A stretch of 64,000 bases of DNA from Eledone cirrhosa (taxonomy: Eukaryota). This document shows, piece after piece, positions 1 to 10,600 of this stretch; within the stretch, counting starts at the first letter, position 1, and every line of letters begins with the position of its first letter. The position numbers were made by a program, and so were the translations under genes. The notes beneath the pieces were generated by a model that ran no database searches, was not told where the DNA came from, and saw only the letters and a program-made list of their open reading frames with translations. Where the stretch lies: assembly GCA_964016885.1 (NCBI GenBank), contig OZ024742.1:337404001-337468000 (forward strand). The letters are read 5' to 3'.

Positions 1-246
1 GTTGTGAGTTCAATTCTCAGACCGGGTGATGTGTTGTTTCCTTGAGCAAGACACTTTATTTCACATTGCTCCAGTTTACTCAGCTGTAGAAATGAGATGA
101 TAGGGAGTGGGGTCCATATCATTCCACTGCAAAGTGGAATGATATGGACCCCACCCCTATCATTCCACTGCAAAGTGGTTGTGGAGGTGCCACGGCAAAA
201 AAGCACTCAGCACTCACTGTAAATGAGGTTGGTGTTAGGAAGGGCA
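1..246 (+). mobile_element. tRNA-derived SINE with CORE-like central domain, 5' part; head cut by window edge, interrupted at 246/247 by an RTE LINE
   Basis: B-box-like gagttcaattc, central ccttgagcaagacactttatttcacattgctccagt, then a 48-mer-related unit and gttggtgttaggaagggca. Colinear with the uninterrupted minus-strand copy at 53839-54178. Confidence 0.85.
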
Positions 247-3200
247 ACCTTAAAAGGTCGCTCTAACGAGGTTGTAGAAATGCTTGAACGTAAGGAGATT
301 GATGTTTGCTGTATCCAAGAGACCAGGTGGAGGGGCGGGTCTGCTAGATTCATTGTGGGTAAAAAACGATGCTATAAGCTTTTCTGGGTGGGAAATGACA
401 ATGGGCTGGGTGGGGTAGGAATCATGTTAGCAGAAAAATGGGTGGATAAGATAATAGACGTAAATAGAGTGAACGACAGAATAATTAAAATAAGACTTAT
501 TCTAAATAGAACTACTGTGACAGTAATATCTGCATACACACCCCAATCCAGACTGCCTGGCGCTATAAAAGACAGATTCTATGAGACACTGATGCTCACT
601 ACTTCCCAAATAACCGACAGTGACTATATAATTATTGCTGGCGACCTAAATGGTCACATTGGACAACATTGTGATGTCTATGATGGAATCCATGGAGGCT
701 ATGGGTTTGGTACTAGAAATGAGGAAGGCTCCAGAATCCTGGAATTCTGTGACGCAAATAACCTAACTATCTGTAACACTAACTTCAAAAAACGAGACAA
801 TCACTTGATCACCTACAGATCAGGGGAACATACCAGCCAGGTAGATTATATCATTACAAGAAGACGTGACAGAGTGTCTGTTGTAAACACTAAATCCCTC
901 CCCCATGAAGAATGCACCTCTCTACATAGACTCATAATTAGCGACCTCATAGTCAGGATGAGACGTACTCGACAACAGAAGAGGACTATCCTCAGGAGAA
1001 AAATATGGAAGCTAAAGGACCCCACAGCCAGTAATAAATTTAAAAGCATATTACTTGATGCTTTCGACAGTAAGGAAGAGCAATTAGAGTCGTACAATAT
1101 AGAGGAACAGTGGGAATTCCTGAAAGCAAACCTGCTGATGCCGTCAGATGAAGTCTGGGGCTGGAGTAGGCCTATAGGCAGGAGGAGTGTAACGTGGTGG
1201 TGGAACACTAAGGTGGAGGAGTCAATTAAGGCCAAAAAGCAGGCTTGGAAAGTATGGCGGGATGGGGGAAGTAGAGAAGACTATCAAGTGGCCAGGAGGG
1301 AAGCTAGGAGACAAGTGTACTTCGCAAGAAGGGAAGCAGAGGAAAGAAAGTTCAAGCATGTTCTACAACGCGAGGACCAAAAACGTGAGGTGTTCAGGAT
1401 TGCTAGGCAATGTGTCAAGGAAAACCGTGATATTGTTGGGGAGAAGTGTGTCCTTAATGATGATGGTGTACTTGCCATCACTGACGCTGATAAGAAGGTA
1501 GCTTGGAAGTGTCACTACAAAAGGCTACTAAATGAGGAGAATAAATGGGAGAAAGACAGTCTTCCCCACATCGATCCAATAGAGGGACCAGCAGTGTTAG
1601 TTGAAGGTAGTATAATAAGTAAGGCAATCAAAGATATGAAGACGGATAAGGCGGCTGGGCCTTCGGAAATAGTTGCTGAAATGCTGAAAGCTTCTGGAAC
1701 GGTGGGACACACTATGGTCACCCGGATAGTAAACCAAGTCATACAGAATGGGGTCATACCAAATGACTGGCGTAGCAGCATCATCATTAACTGCTACAAG
1801 AGTAAAGGAGATGCCCTAGATAGGGGTAACTATAGAGGCATTAAATTAATCGACCAGGTCATGAAGGTCACAGAAAAAGTAATAGCGCAACTAATCAGAG
1901 AGCAAATTGATCTAGATGAAATGCAGTTCGGGTTTGTGTCAGATAAAAGTACCACAGACGCTCTTTTCATTGTACGACAACTACAGGAGAAGTACCTAGC
2001 TAAAAGTAAACCCCTATACTTAGCTTTTGTCAACTTGGAGAAAGCCTTTGATAGAGCCCCCCGTTCCATTATCTGGTGGGCTCTTAGAAAACTAGGTGTT
2101 GATGAATGGCTTGTGAGAGCTATACAAGCCATGTATAAAGAAACAGTCAGCAAGGTTAGAATTAACAACGAATATAGTGAAGAGTTTAGCATAAAAGTTG
2201 GTGTTCATCAGGGTTCCGTTCTTAGCCCCCTACTATTTATCATTGCCCTTCAGGCTATAACAGAGGAGTTCAAGACCGGCTGCCCATGGGAACTCCTATA
2301 TGCAGATGATCTAATGCTCATAGCTGAATCAATGGCTGAACTAGAGAAGAAATTCCAAACATGGAAGCATGGCCTAGAATCAAAAGGCCTTAAAATTAAC
2401 CTGGCTAAGACTAAAGTTCTAGTTTGTAGGAAGGAAAATAGGGCACCGGTCCCATCCGGGAAATGGCCATGCTCAGTGTGTAGGAAAGGAGTAGGCAGAA
2501 ACTCCATTTTATGTACCAAATGCAAAGTATGGGTGCATAAAAGATGTATTGGGATCACAGGTAAGCTAACTAAGAATATAGATTTTATATGTGGCCGGTG
2601 CTCTGGTGCAATAAGTAGCAGCAAGTGCCCACAGAATACCAGCTCATTCCATTGCACAGATGGTTCTATAGAAATAGTGGACACCTTCCGTTACTTGGGT
2701 GACAAAATCAGCAGTGGTGGAGGGTGCTCTGAAAGTACAGTAGCTAGAGTCAGAACTGGATGGAAAAAGTTCAGAGAGCTTATACCACTATTAGCTGCTA
2801 AAGGGTTGTCTCTAAAAATGAAAGGCAGGCTGTATGATGCCTGCATACGAACAGCAATGTTACATGGCAGTGAGACCTGGGCATTGTGTGCAGAGGATAT
2901 ACGCAGACTGGAGAGAAACGAAGCTTGCATGCTCCGCTGGATGTGTAATAGTAATATGCGTGAACGACAAAGCATAAACGAACTAAGGGAAAAATCAGAA
3001 ATAAGAGGGATCAGATGTTGTTTACTCGAGAGAAGACTACATTGGTACGGTCACGTGATGCGCATGAAAGACGACAGCTGTATAAAAAAGTGCAGGGCAA
3101 TAAAAATAGACGGTAGCCACGGAGTAGGCAGACCCAGAAAAACCTGGGACGACTTGATAAATTCCGACCTCACACACTTACACCTCTCCAAGACAATGTC

Positions 3201-3255
3201 ACTGGACCGAGATCTTTGGCGCTACACAGTAATACAGAAGACCCGCCTTACCTAA
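223..3255 (+). CDS. RTE LINE ORF (1010 aa): APE endonuclease, reverse transcriptase and PHD-type finger; probably catalytically dead
   Basis: APE motifs CIQETRW, SAYTPQ, GDLNGH, VDYI. RT motifs NYRGIKL, QFGF, NLEKAFD (D expected at the N), GVHQGSVLSP, LLYADD. Cys/His cluster CSVC..CTKC..HKRC..CGRC at 2470-2601. RTE C-terminus WYGHV..GRPRKTW. Confidence 0.9.
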   Translation: MRLVLGRATLKGRSNEVVEMLERKEIDVCCIQETRWRGGSARFIVGKKRCYKLFWVGNDNGLGGVGIMLAEKWVDKIIDVNRVNDRIIKIRLILNRTTVTVISAYTPQSRLPGAIKDRFYETLMLTTSQITDSDYIIIAGDLNGHIGQHCDVYDGIHGGYGFGTRNEEGSRILEFCDANNLTICNTNFKKRDNHLITYRSGEHTSQVDYIITRRRDRVSVVNTKSLPHEECTSLHRLIISDLIVRMRRTRQQKRTILRRKIWKLKDPTASNKFKSILLDAFDSKEEQLESYNIEEQWEFLKANLLMPSDEVWGWSRPIGRRSVTWWWNTKVEESIKAKKQAWKVWRDGGSREDYQVARREARRQVYFARREAEERKFKHVLQREDQKREVFRIARQCVKENRDIVGEKCVLNDDGVLAITDADKKVAWKCHYKRLLNEENKWEKDSLPHIDPIEGPAVLVEGSIISKAIKDMKTDKAAGPSEIVAEMLKASGTVGHTMVTRIVNQVIQNGVIPNDWRSSIIINCYKSKGDALDRGNYRGIKLIDQVMKVTEKVIAQLIREQIDLDEMQFGFVSDKSTTDALFIVRQLQEKYLAKSKPLYLAFVNLEKAFDRAPRSIIWWALRKLGVDEWLVRAIQAMYKETVSKVRINNEYSEEFSIKVGVHQGSVLSPLLFIIALQAITEEFKTGCPWELLYADDLMLIAESMAELEKKFQTWKHGLESKGLKINLAKTKVLVCRKENRAPVPSGKWPCSVCRKGVGRNSILCTKCKVWVHKRCIGITGKLTKNIDFICGRCSGAISSSKCPQNTSSFHCTDGSIEIVDTFRYLGDKISSGGGCSESTVARVRTGWKKFRELIPLLAAKGLSLKMKGRLYDACIRTAMLHGSETWALCAEDIRRLERNEACMLRWMCNSNMRERQSINELREKSEIRGIRCCLLERRLHWYGHVMRMKDDSCIKKCRAIKIDGSHGVGRPRKTWDDLINSDLTHLHLSKTMSLDRDLWRYTVIQKTRLT

Positions 3256-3606
3256 GTACAAAGTGAAACCTACTACAGTCAGTAGGCACCTCTAACAAAA
3301 ATACACCCCCGTCCCACTACCCCCACCCCATCCACAACACCCCTTTCAATGTAAAGTTATGTTGGTTCCACAACATCCAGTCCAAAACAAATGAAGTTGT
3401 GTAGTTGTCACGACAAAAAAACACACAGTCCACGCTGTAATGTGGCCGTGTAGGTAACACGGTAAAAACCTCCCAGTCCACACTGTAAACGTGGTTGGTG
3501 TTAGGAAGAGCATCCAGCCGTAGAAAACCCGCCAGACAACCACTCTTGCCTCAAGTGGGAAAACTCCCGTGCAAACCCATGCAATCGTGGAAGATGGACA
3601 TTAAAC

Positions 3607-3638
<32 letters not shown>
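247..3638 (+). mobile_element. RTE-clade non-LTR retrotransposon (family A), slightly 5'-truncated, with 3' UTR and (GAT)n tail
   Basis: Single APE+RT ORF ending at 3255, C-rich spacer 3300-3345, ~3 degenerate 48-mer units 3346-3490, conserved tail, (GAT)n at 3607-3639. Confidence 0.95.
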
Positions 3639-3639
<1 letters not shown>

Positions 3640-3724
3640 CCAGCTGTAGAAATCAAGCCAGAATCAGTTCCCGTCCCACCCTTGCAAGCAGGGAAAAAGC
3701 GGACGTAAAATGAAATGATGATGA
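3639..3724 (+). mobile_element. 3' remainder of the SINE interrupted by the LINE
   Basis: tccagctgtagaaatcaagccagaatcagttcccgtcccacccttgcaagc...gacgtaaaatg continues the 1-246 sequence, as in the intact copy at 53839-54178. Confidence 0.85.
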
Positions 3725-3780
3725 CAACATTTATACACTGTTCAAAAAAGTCTTAATGCATACATACCAGCATATAATTG

Positions 3781-3796
3781 TGTGGGTGTGTGTTTG

Positions 3797-3883
<87 letters not shown>
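3781..3883. repeat. (GT)n microsatellite
   Basis: Directly visible. Confidence 0.95.
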
Positions 3884-3885
<2 letters not shown>

Positions 3886-3959
3886 TACACATGTTTTGCT
3901 CATGTATTCTTCTTCTCCTCCTCCTTAGGAAGGTCCTGGGAGGGGGGGGGGGGGAGAAT

Positions 3960-4390
3960 GCTCAAACACTCCAGCATGTCCTGTCAGAAGCAACTGTCTA
4001 CATTTGATTCGGCTGGATCCCCAAACGAGATCAGCCAAGCTCATGGATGTTATCTAACCCTCTACTCCTGGGTCTCCTACCAGCTGATTTTTACCAATAA
4101 AATCTGTCCAGAAATTCTTTCCTGACACATTCTAACCACATGTCTGTAGTATCGGAGCTGTGATCTCTAATTCGGTTAAGTAGTGCCTTTACCTGGAGTG
4201 GCTCTCTGATCTCTGAGCTACACCCTTTATCAAGTAAGGTTACTCCAAAGACCCTTTGGTGGAATCCCATTTCAGCTGCTTGCATTTGCAATCGTATTCT
4301 TTTGGTCATTACCCAAGATTCATTACCATAGGTAAGCATTGGCACGAATACCAAATTGAAGATAGTGAATTTGTTTTGTTTTGCTCCTGA
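3960..4390 (-). mobile_element. Degenerate RTE (Expander/Rex3-like) 3' ORF fragment
   Basis: Minus ORF LTYGNESWVMTKRIRLQMQAAEMGF..EIRE; a related fragment lies at 61030-61355. Confidence 0.75.
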
Positions 4391-4460
4391 AAATAAAAAA
4401 AAATCCATTTTCTTTCTTTTCTCTTGATTTTTTTCTATTTCTTCTTCTCTCTCCATTCTA

Positions 4461-4496
4461 TTTTCTGATGAAGGACTAACATCTGAAACGTCAAGA
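4461..4496 (+). ncRNA. Minimal type I hammerhead ribozyme-like motif in a probable Penelope-like terminal remnant
   Basis: tttt CTGATGA a gga ctaaca tct GAAAC GTC aaga: core, short stem II, loopless palindromic ACGT stem III, GUC site, weak 4-bp stem I. Confidence 0.55.
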
Positions 4497-4595
4497 CTCT
4501 TTTCCTACTATATCGTTAAACTAATATATATCATTGTACAATATCATTCTCCAATGTGGCTTTTTTTCTTGTTGACTTTTGTCACCCCCCCCCCC

Positions 4596-4785
4596 CACAC
4601 ACACACACATAAACACACACGGACACACACACACATACACACATGCACACACGTGCACTCACACACACATGCACACATACACACGCACACACACATGCAC
4701 ACATACACACGCACACACACATGCACACACACGGACACACACACACAGACACACACAGACAAACATATACATATATATATATATA
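4596..4785. repeat. Compound (CA)n/(TA)n microsatellite
   Basis: Directly visible. Confidence 0.9.
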
Positions 4786-4919
4786 CTATCAGGCCCGTCC
4801 GGCTGGCGCCCGGCTAGGTATACCTGTCCCACCACTCCACTGCAAAGATACCACAACCCTCCCGTGTCACATTGTCCTTCCGACTCTCTCTCTCTCTGAA
4901 TAACTAACACTTTAATTGT

Positions 4920-5119
4920 NNNNNNNNNNNNNNNNNNNNNNNNNNNNNNNNNNNNNNNNNNNNNNNNNNNNNNNNNNNNNNNNNNNNNNNNNNNNNNNNN
5001 NNNNNNNNNNNNNNNNNNNNNNNNNNNNNNNNNNNNNNNNNNNNNNNNNNNNNNNNNNNNNNNNNNNNNNNNNNNNNNNNNNNNNNNNNNNNNNNNNNNN
5101 NNNNNNNNNNNNNNNNNNN
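4920..5119. other. Assembly gap (200 N)
   Basis: Run of N. Confidence 0.99.
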
Positions 5120-5186
5120 TGTATGTGCATGTGTGTGTCTTGATGTTATCCAGCAATTGGCAAAATCAGGTGTGAAAATATGTGTA

Positions 5187-5225
<39 letters not shown>

Positions 5226-5269
5226 CTACAGAAAAAGTGAGTGGGATACATACATTATTATATTTGTCT

Positions 5270-5356
5270 GTATTTTCGTTCTGCAACCATTATATTATGA
5301 TATTTGTATCCAAATGATTTTAGATGTATGTATTACCTTCTTGCCCGTCCCTCTGT

Positions 5357-5448
<92 letters not shown>

Positions 5449-5707
5449 AGATGTGTGTGTGTGTGTAGATTTCCTAATCTGTCTCTTTCACTCTCTGTCT
5501 CTCTAAGAGGGTTGCTTTTGATGTATGTATTACCTGCTTGTGTGTTGACCGAATTTGAAGGAGGTTATCCGTTTGAAATAACCATACATAAGACGCTCAT
5601 CTCTATGTTGACATATTGAAGGTAGATACGGAAAGTAAAAGAGTGTTGTCATATAGAGAGTGAAGAGAGACAGAGAGTAAAGCAGTTAAATTATAGAGAG
5701 GGTGAAA

Positions 5708-5768
<61 letters not shown>

Positions 5769-6033
5769 GACGATCAGCTTTATAATATTAGAGAGTGAAG
5801 AGCGACAGAGAGAGTAAAGCAGTTAAATTATATAGAGGGGGAATGGTCTATTATAGAGAGAGGGAAGAGCGACGGAGGGAGTAAAGCTAAGAAACTATAG
5901 GGAGGTGTGTAGGATACATACGTGTTGACCGAATTTACATACGACGCTCATCTCTACGGAAAGTAAGAGTGTTGTCATATAGAGAGTGAAGAGAGACAGA
6001 GAGTAAAGCAGTTAAATTATAGAGAGGGTGAAA

Positions 6034-6115
<82 letters not shown>

Positions 6116-6298
6116 CGACGCTCAACTTTATAATTTTTGAGAGTGAAGAGCGAGAGAGAGTAAAGCAGTTAAATAATAGAGAAGGGGAATGATCTATTAT
6201 AGAGAGAGGGAAGAGTAACGGAGAGAGTAAAGCTAAGAAACTATAGGGAGGTATGTAGGATACATACACACGACACTCAGCTTTATAATATTATAGAT
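5270..6298 (+). mobile_element. Probable Helentron/Helitron-type non-autonomous element with (CT)n/(GA)n tracts and an internal tandem duplication
   Basis: Block ~5543-5921 is repeated at ~5922-6268 (gtgttgaccgaattt...aggatacatac). Ends in cagctttataatattatagat, resembling HINE/DINE-1 3' ends. Boundaries approximate. Confidence 0.5.
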
Positions 6299-6649
6299 AT
6301 ATATCATCATGATCGTTTTATCACTACTTTTCTATAAGAGCTTCTGCTATGACTCAGCTATATGCAAATTTAAACACTTCAGTAGTTTAGTCTTATGGAA
6401 AATTACAGAAAGCAACGATAAGTTTGATTGAAATTTTCTCCAAATTGACTCTAAATCGTGAAACTGTTGTGTGTTTTGTACAGTCACTCACTCCAAGTAT
6501 TATGTTGGATATAAAATATTATGATGCAGAAATTAATGTGGTTGTGGTAAATAAATATATATATATTAGGTCTGAACATAAAGGAATCAAATTCCCATTG
6601 TCACTACCTCCATCTCTCTTGCTCTCCCTATCTCTCACTATTATAAACA

Positions 6650-6850
6650 AATGGGTCCCATGTGTTGGCCGCGCTGTGACCCCAGCAGACAGAATAGGAA
6701 GGTGTTTCCCCAGAGGATGGTGAGGGAGACGCGTTGGAAGAGCTATTCCAGCTCACGAGGCTTACACCTGTGGGTAACCAACTCCGTGCCAATAGTGATT
6801 AGGGAGGTGGTCCTAGAGACTAGGACACTAATGGCACAAACCTGTACAAT
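6650..6850 (+). repeat. Old interspersed repeat, possibly a LINE 5' UTR; homologous to 56910-57100 (-)
   Basis: Shared blocks gacagaat..ccagag..gctattcca..ggct(t/c)ac(a/t)cctgt..aactc between the two loci. Confidence 0.45.
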
Positions 6851-7266
6851 GTAGAAAGATTTCTCTAGAACAACAACCTATGTTATATTATACATCATAT
6901 AGAGAGTTGGGAGAAGATTTGGTTTTGGTCAATGTGGGGTTATGGGCGGTGTGGGGGAAATAGCAGGAGTGACATTAGGTGGGCAGAAAGGGAAGTGGAC
7001 TGGCAACTCAGCAACTGGAGTGAGAAAAATCTAGTGAAGATGGTCAAGGTAATATTGTTCAGACTGATCTGTATGGTAGATAAGAACTAAGATGATGTAA
7101 TGACTATGTTGGCAAAGGTCATTTAGAAATGGAGTGAGTAGAAGTTATAGCTGAAAGTAAATCTAAGGAAAGGAATAGTAGTCAGTAATGGCAGCGGAAT
7201 GAGTTGATTAGCTACTACCTTCCACCAGAGAAAAATGTGTAAAAATATGTTAGGGTAAAGTGTAAT

Positions 7267-7595
7267 GACCCTACTTCGGTCATGAATGACCATGGGATAT
7301 ACACCTAGAAAGATCCCCCTCCAAGGCACAGGGGCAAGGTGTGTTTGTGGAAGACCAGCAGTCGCCATAGCATACCAGTATCCTTTCTCCACACCTCAAA
7401 TATTGCCCAAGGGAAAGGCAATGGCCAAAACAGCTTGGCACCAGTGACATTGCAACTCATTTCTATAGCAGAATAAACTGGAGTAATGTGAAATAAAGTG
7501 TCTTGAACACAACACAAAGCCCGGTCCAAGAAACAAACTCATAACCTCACGATTGTAAGCTTGACGCTCTTACCACTAAGCTATGTGCCTTCACA
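7267..7595 (-). mobile_element. tRNA-derived SINE with CORE-like domain and a different 3' tail (resembles cephalopod OK-type SINEs)
   Basis: Reverse complement has an A-box-like tagcttagtgg, a degenerate B box and caagacactttatttcacattactccagt shared with the SINEs at 1-246 and 53839-54178. Confidence 0.75.
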
Positions 7596-7644
7596 TAAAA
7601 ATATGTTTATGTTATAATATAAAAGTCTAAAAATGGAAATAAGT

Positions 7645-10600
7645 TCAGACAAAGGAAACATTGGGCTTTCCATTGCTGATACTATCACCCAGTTGCAAAC
7701 TCAGGCAAAAGATATGATGCAGGACTGTGATCTCTGGTATTATGCAGGAATACAGAAGACTCACCTTCTCATGTGCATGGACTGAGGCATACATTAAGTA
7801 TGTGCCACCTAACCCATCACCCCTCCCATAGACCTCACATGTAACACCCAACACACGTATTACCACCCCCCGCCCTCACCTATGCCCCTATATCTACCTA
7901 CCCAATCCCCTTGCACCTCCCCACATCCAAGTCCCCCAGTCCCTCACTGTAAAGTGGTTGTTTTGGAGCCACAACAATGAGCGTCCAGTCCACAATGTAA
8001 AGTGGTCAACACAAAAGTGGCTAGTGCACACTGTAAAGTGGTTTTGTAGGTGTCACAACAAAAGTGGCTAATGCACATTGGAAAGTGGTTTTGTAGGTGT
8101 CACAACAAGAAGCACCCAGTCGACAATGTAAAGTGGCCATGTAGGTGTCACAACAAAAAGCACCCAGTCCACACTGTAAAGTGGTCATGTAGGTGTCACA
8201 AAAAAAAGCACCCAGTCCACACTGTAAAGTGGTCATGTAGGTGTCACAAAAAAAAGCACCCAGTCGACAATGTAAAGTGGTCATGTAGGTGTCACAACAA
8301 AAAGCATCCAGTCCACACTGTAAAGTGGTCATGTAGGTGTCACAACAAAAAGCACCCAGTCCACACTGTAAAGTGGTTTTGTAGGTGTCACAAAAAAAGT
8401 GGCTAGCGCACACTGTAAAGTGGTTTTGTAGGTGTCACAACAAAAAGCACCCAGTTCACACTGTAAAGTGGTCATGTAGGTGTCACAACAAAAAGCACCC
8501 AGTCCACACTGTAAAGTGGTTTTGTAGGTGTCACAACAAAAAGCATCCAGTCCACACTGTAAAGTGGTCATGTAGGTGTCACAACAAAAAGCACCCAGTC
8601 CACACTGTAAAGTGGTTTTGTAGGTGACACAACAAAAAGCACCCAGTCCACACTGTAAAGTGATCATGCAGGTGTCACAACAAAAAGCACCCAGTCCACA
8701 CTGTAAAGTGGTTTTGTAGGTGTCACAAAAAAAAGCACCCAGTCCACACTGTAAAGTGATCATGCAGGTGTCACAACAAAAAGCACCCAGTCCACACTGT
8801 AAAGTGGTCATGTAGGTGTCACAACAAAAAGCACCCAGTCTACACTGTAAAGTGGTCATGTTGGTGTCACAAAAAAAAGCACCCAGTCCACACAGTAAAG
8901 TAGTAGTGTAGGTGTCACAACAAAAAGCACCCTGTCCACACTGTCAAGTGGTCATGTAGGTGTCACAACAAAAAGCATCCAGTCCACACTGTAAAGTGGT
9001 CATGTAGGTGTCACAACAAAAAGCACCCAGTCCACACTGTAAAGTGGTTTTGTAGGTGACACAACAAAAAGCACCCAGTCCACACTGTAAAGTGATCATG
9101 CAGGTGTCACAACAAAAAGCACCCAGTCCACACTGTAAAGTGGTTTTGTAGGTGTCACAAAAAAAAGCACCCAGTCCACACTGTAAAGTGATCATGCAGG
9201 TGTCACAACAAAAAGCACCCAGTCTACACTGTAAAGGGGTCATGTAGGTGTCACAACAAAAAGCACCCAGTCTACACTGTAAAGTGGTCATGTTGGTGTC
9301 ACAAAAAAAAGCACCCAGTCCACACAGTAAAGTAGTAGTGTATGTGTCACAACAAAAAGCACCCAGACCACACTGTAAAGTGGTCAATGTAGGTGTCACA
9401 ACAAAAAGCACCCTGTCCACACTGTCAAGTGGTCATGTAGGTGTCACAACAAAAAGCATCCAGTCCACACTGTAAAGTGGTCATGTAGGTGTCACACCAA
9501 AAAGCACCCAGTCCACACTGTAAAGTGGTCATGTAGGTGTCACAACAAAAAGCACCCAGTCTACACTGTAAAGTGGTCATGTTGGTGTCACAAAAAAAAG
9601 CACCCAGTTCACACTGTAAAGTGGTCATGTAGGTGCCACAACAAAAGAGGCTAGCGTACACTGTAAAGTGGTCATGTAGGTGTCACAACAAAAAGCACCC
9701 AGTCCACACTGTAAAGAGATCATGTAGGTGTCACAACAAAAAGCACCCAGTCCACACTGTAAAGTAGTAGTGTAGGTGACAAAACAAAAAGCACCCAGTC
9801 CACACTGTAAAGTGGTCATGCAGGTGTCACAACAAAAGAGGCTAGCGTACACTGTAAAGTGGTCATGTAGGTGTCACAACAAAAAGCACCCAGTCCACAC
9901 TGTAAAGTGGTCACGTAGATGTCACAACAAAAAGCACCCTGTCCACACTGTAAAGTGTTCATGTAGGTGTCACAACAAAAAGCACCCAGTCTACACTGTA
10001 AAGGGGTCATGTAGGTGTCACAACAAAAAGCACCCAGTCTACACTGTAAAGTGGTCAATGTAGGTGTCACAACAAAAAGCACCCAGTCCACACTGTAAAG
10101 TAGTAGTGTATGCGTCACAACAAAAAGCACACAGTCCACACTGTAAAGTGGTCAATGTAGGTGTCACAACAAAAAGCACCCAGTCCACACTGTAAAGTAG
10201 TAGTGTATGTGTCACAACAAAAAGCACGCAGTCCACACTGTAAAGTGATCATGCAGGTGTCACAACAAAAAGCACCCAGTCCACACTGTAAAGTGGTCAT
10301 GTAGGTGTCACAAAAAAAAGCACGCAGTCCACACTGTAAAGTAGTATTGTATGTGTCACAACAAAAAGCACCCAGACCACACTGTAAAGTGGTCAATGTA
10401 GGTGTCACAACAAAAAGCACCCTGTCCACACTGTCAAGTGGTCATGTAGGTGTCACAACAAAAAGCATCCAGTCCACACTGTAAAGTGGTCATGTAGGTG
10501 TCACAACAAAAAGCACCCAGTCCACACTGTAAAGTGGTCACGTAGGTGACACAACAAAAAGCACCCAGTCCACACTGTAAAGTGGTCATGTAGGTGTCAC

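Noticed and set aside
846-2975. Antisense and alternate-frame ORFs over the LINE
   Set aside because: Shadow ORFs of the RTE coding sequence with no recognisable motifs.
3756-6269. Low-complexity ORFs (VCVC, HTHT, SLSL, XXXX)
   Set aside because: Translations of microsatellites and the N gap.
6650-6720. HDV-like ribozyme in a putative LINE 5' UTR
   Set aside because: gggtc/gaccc can pair, but the P1.1, P3 and J4/2 elements could not be assigned.
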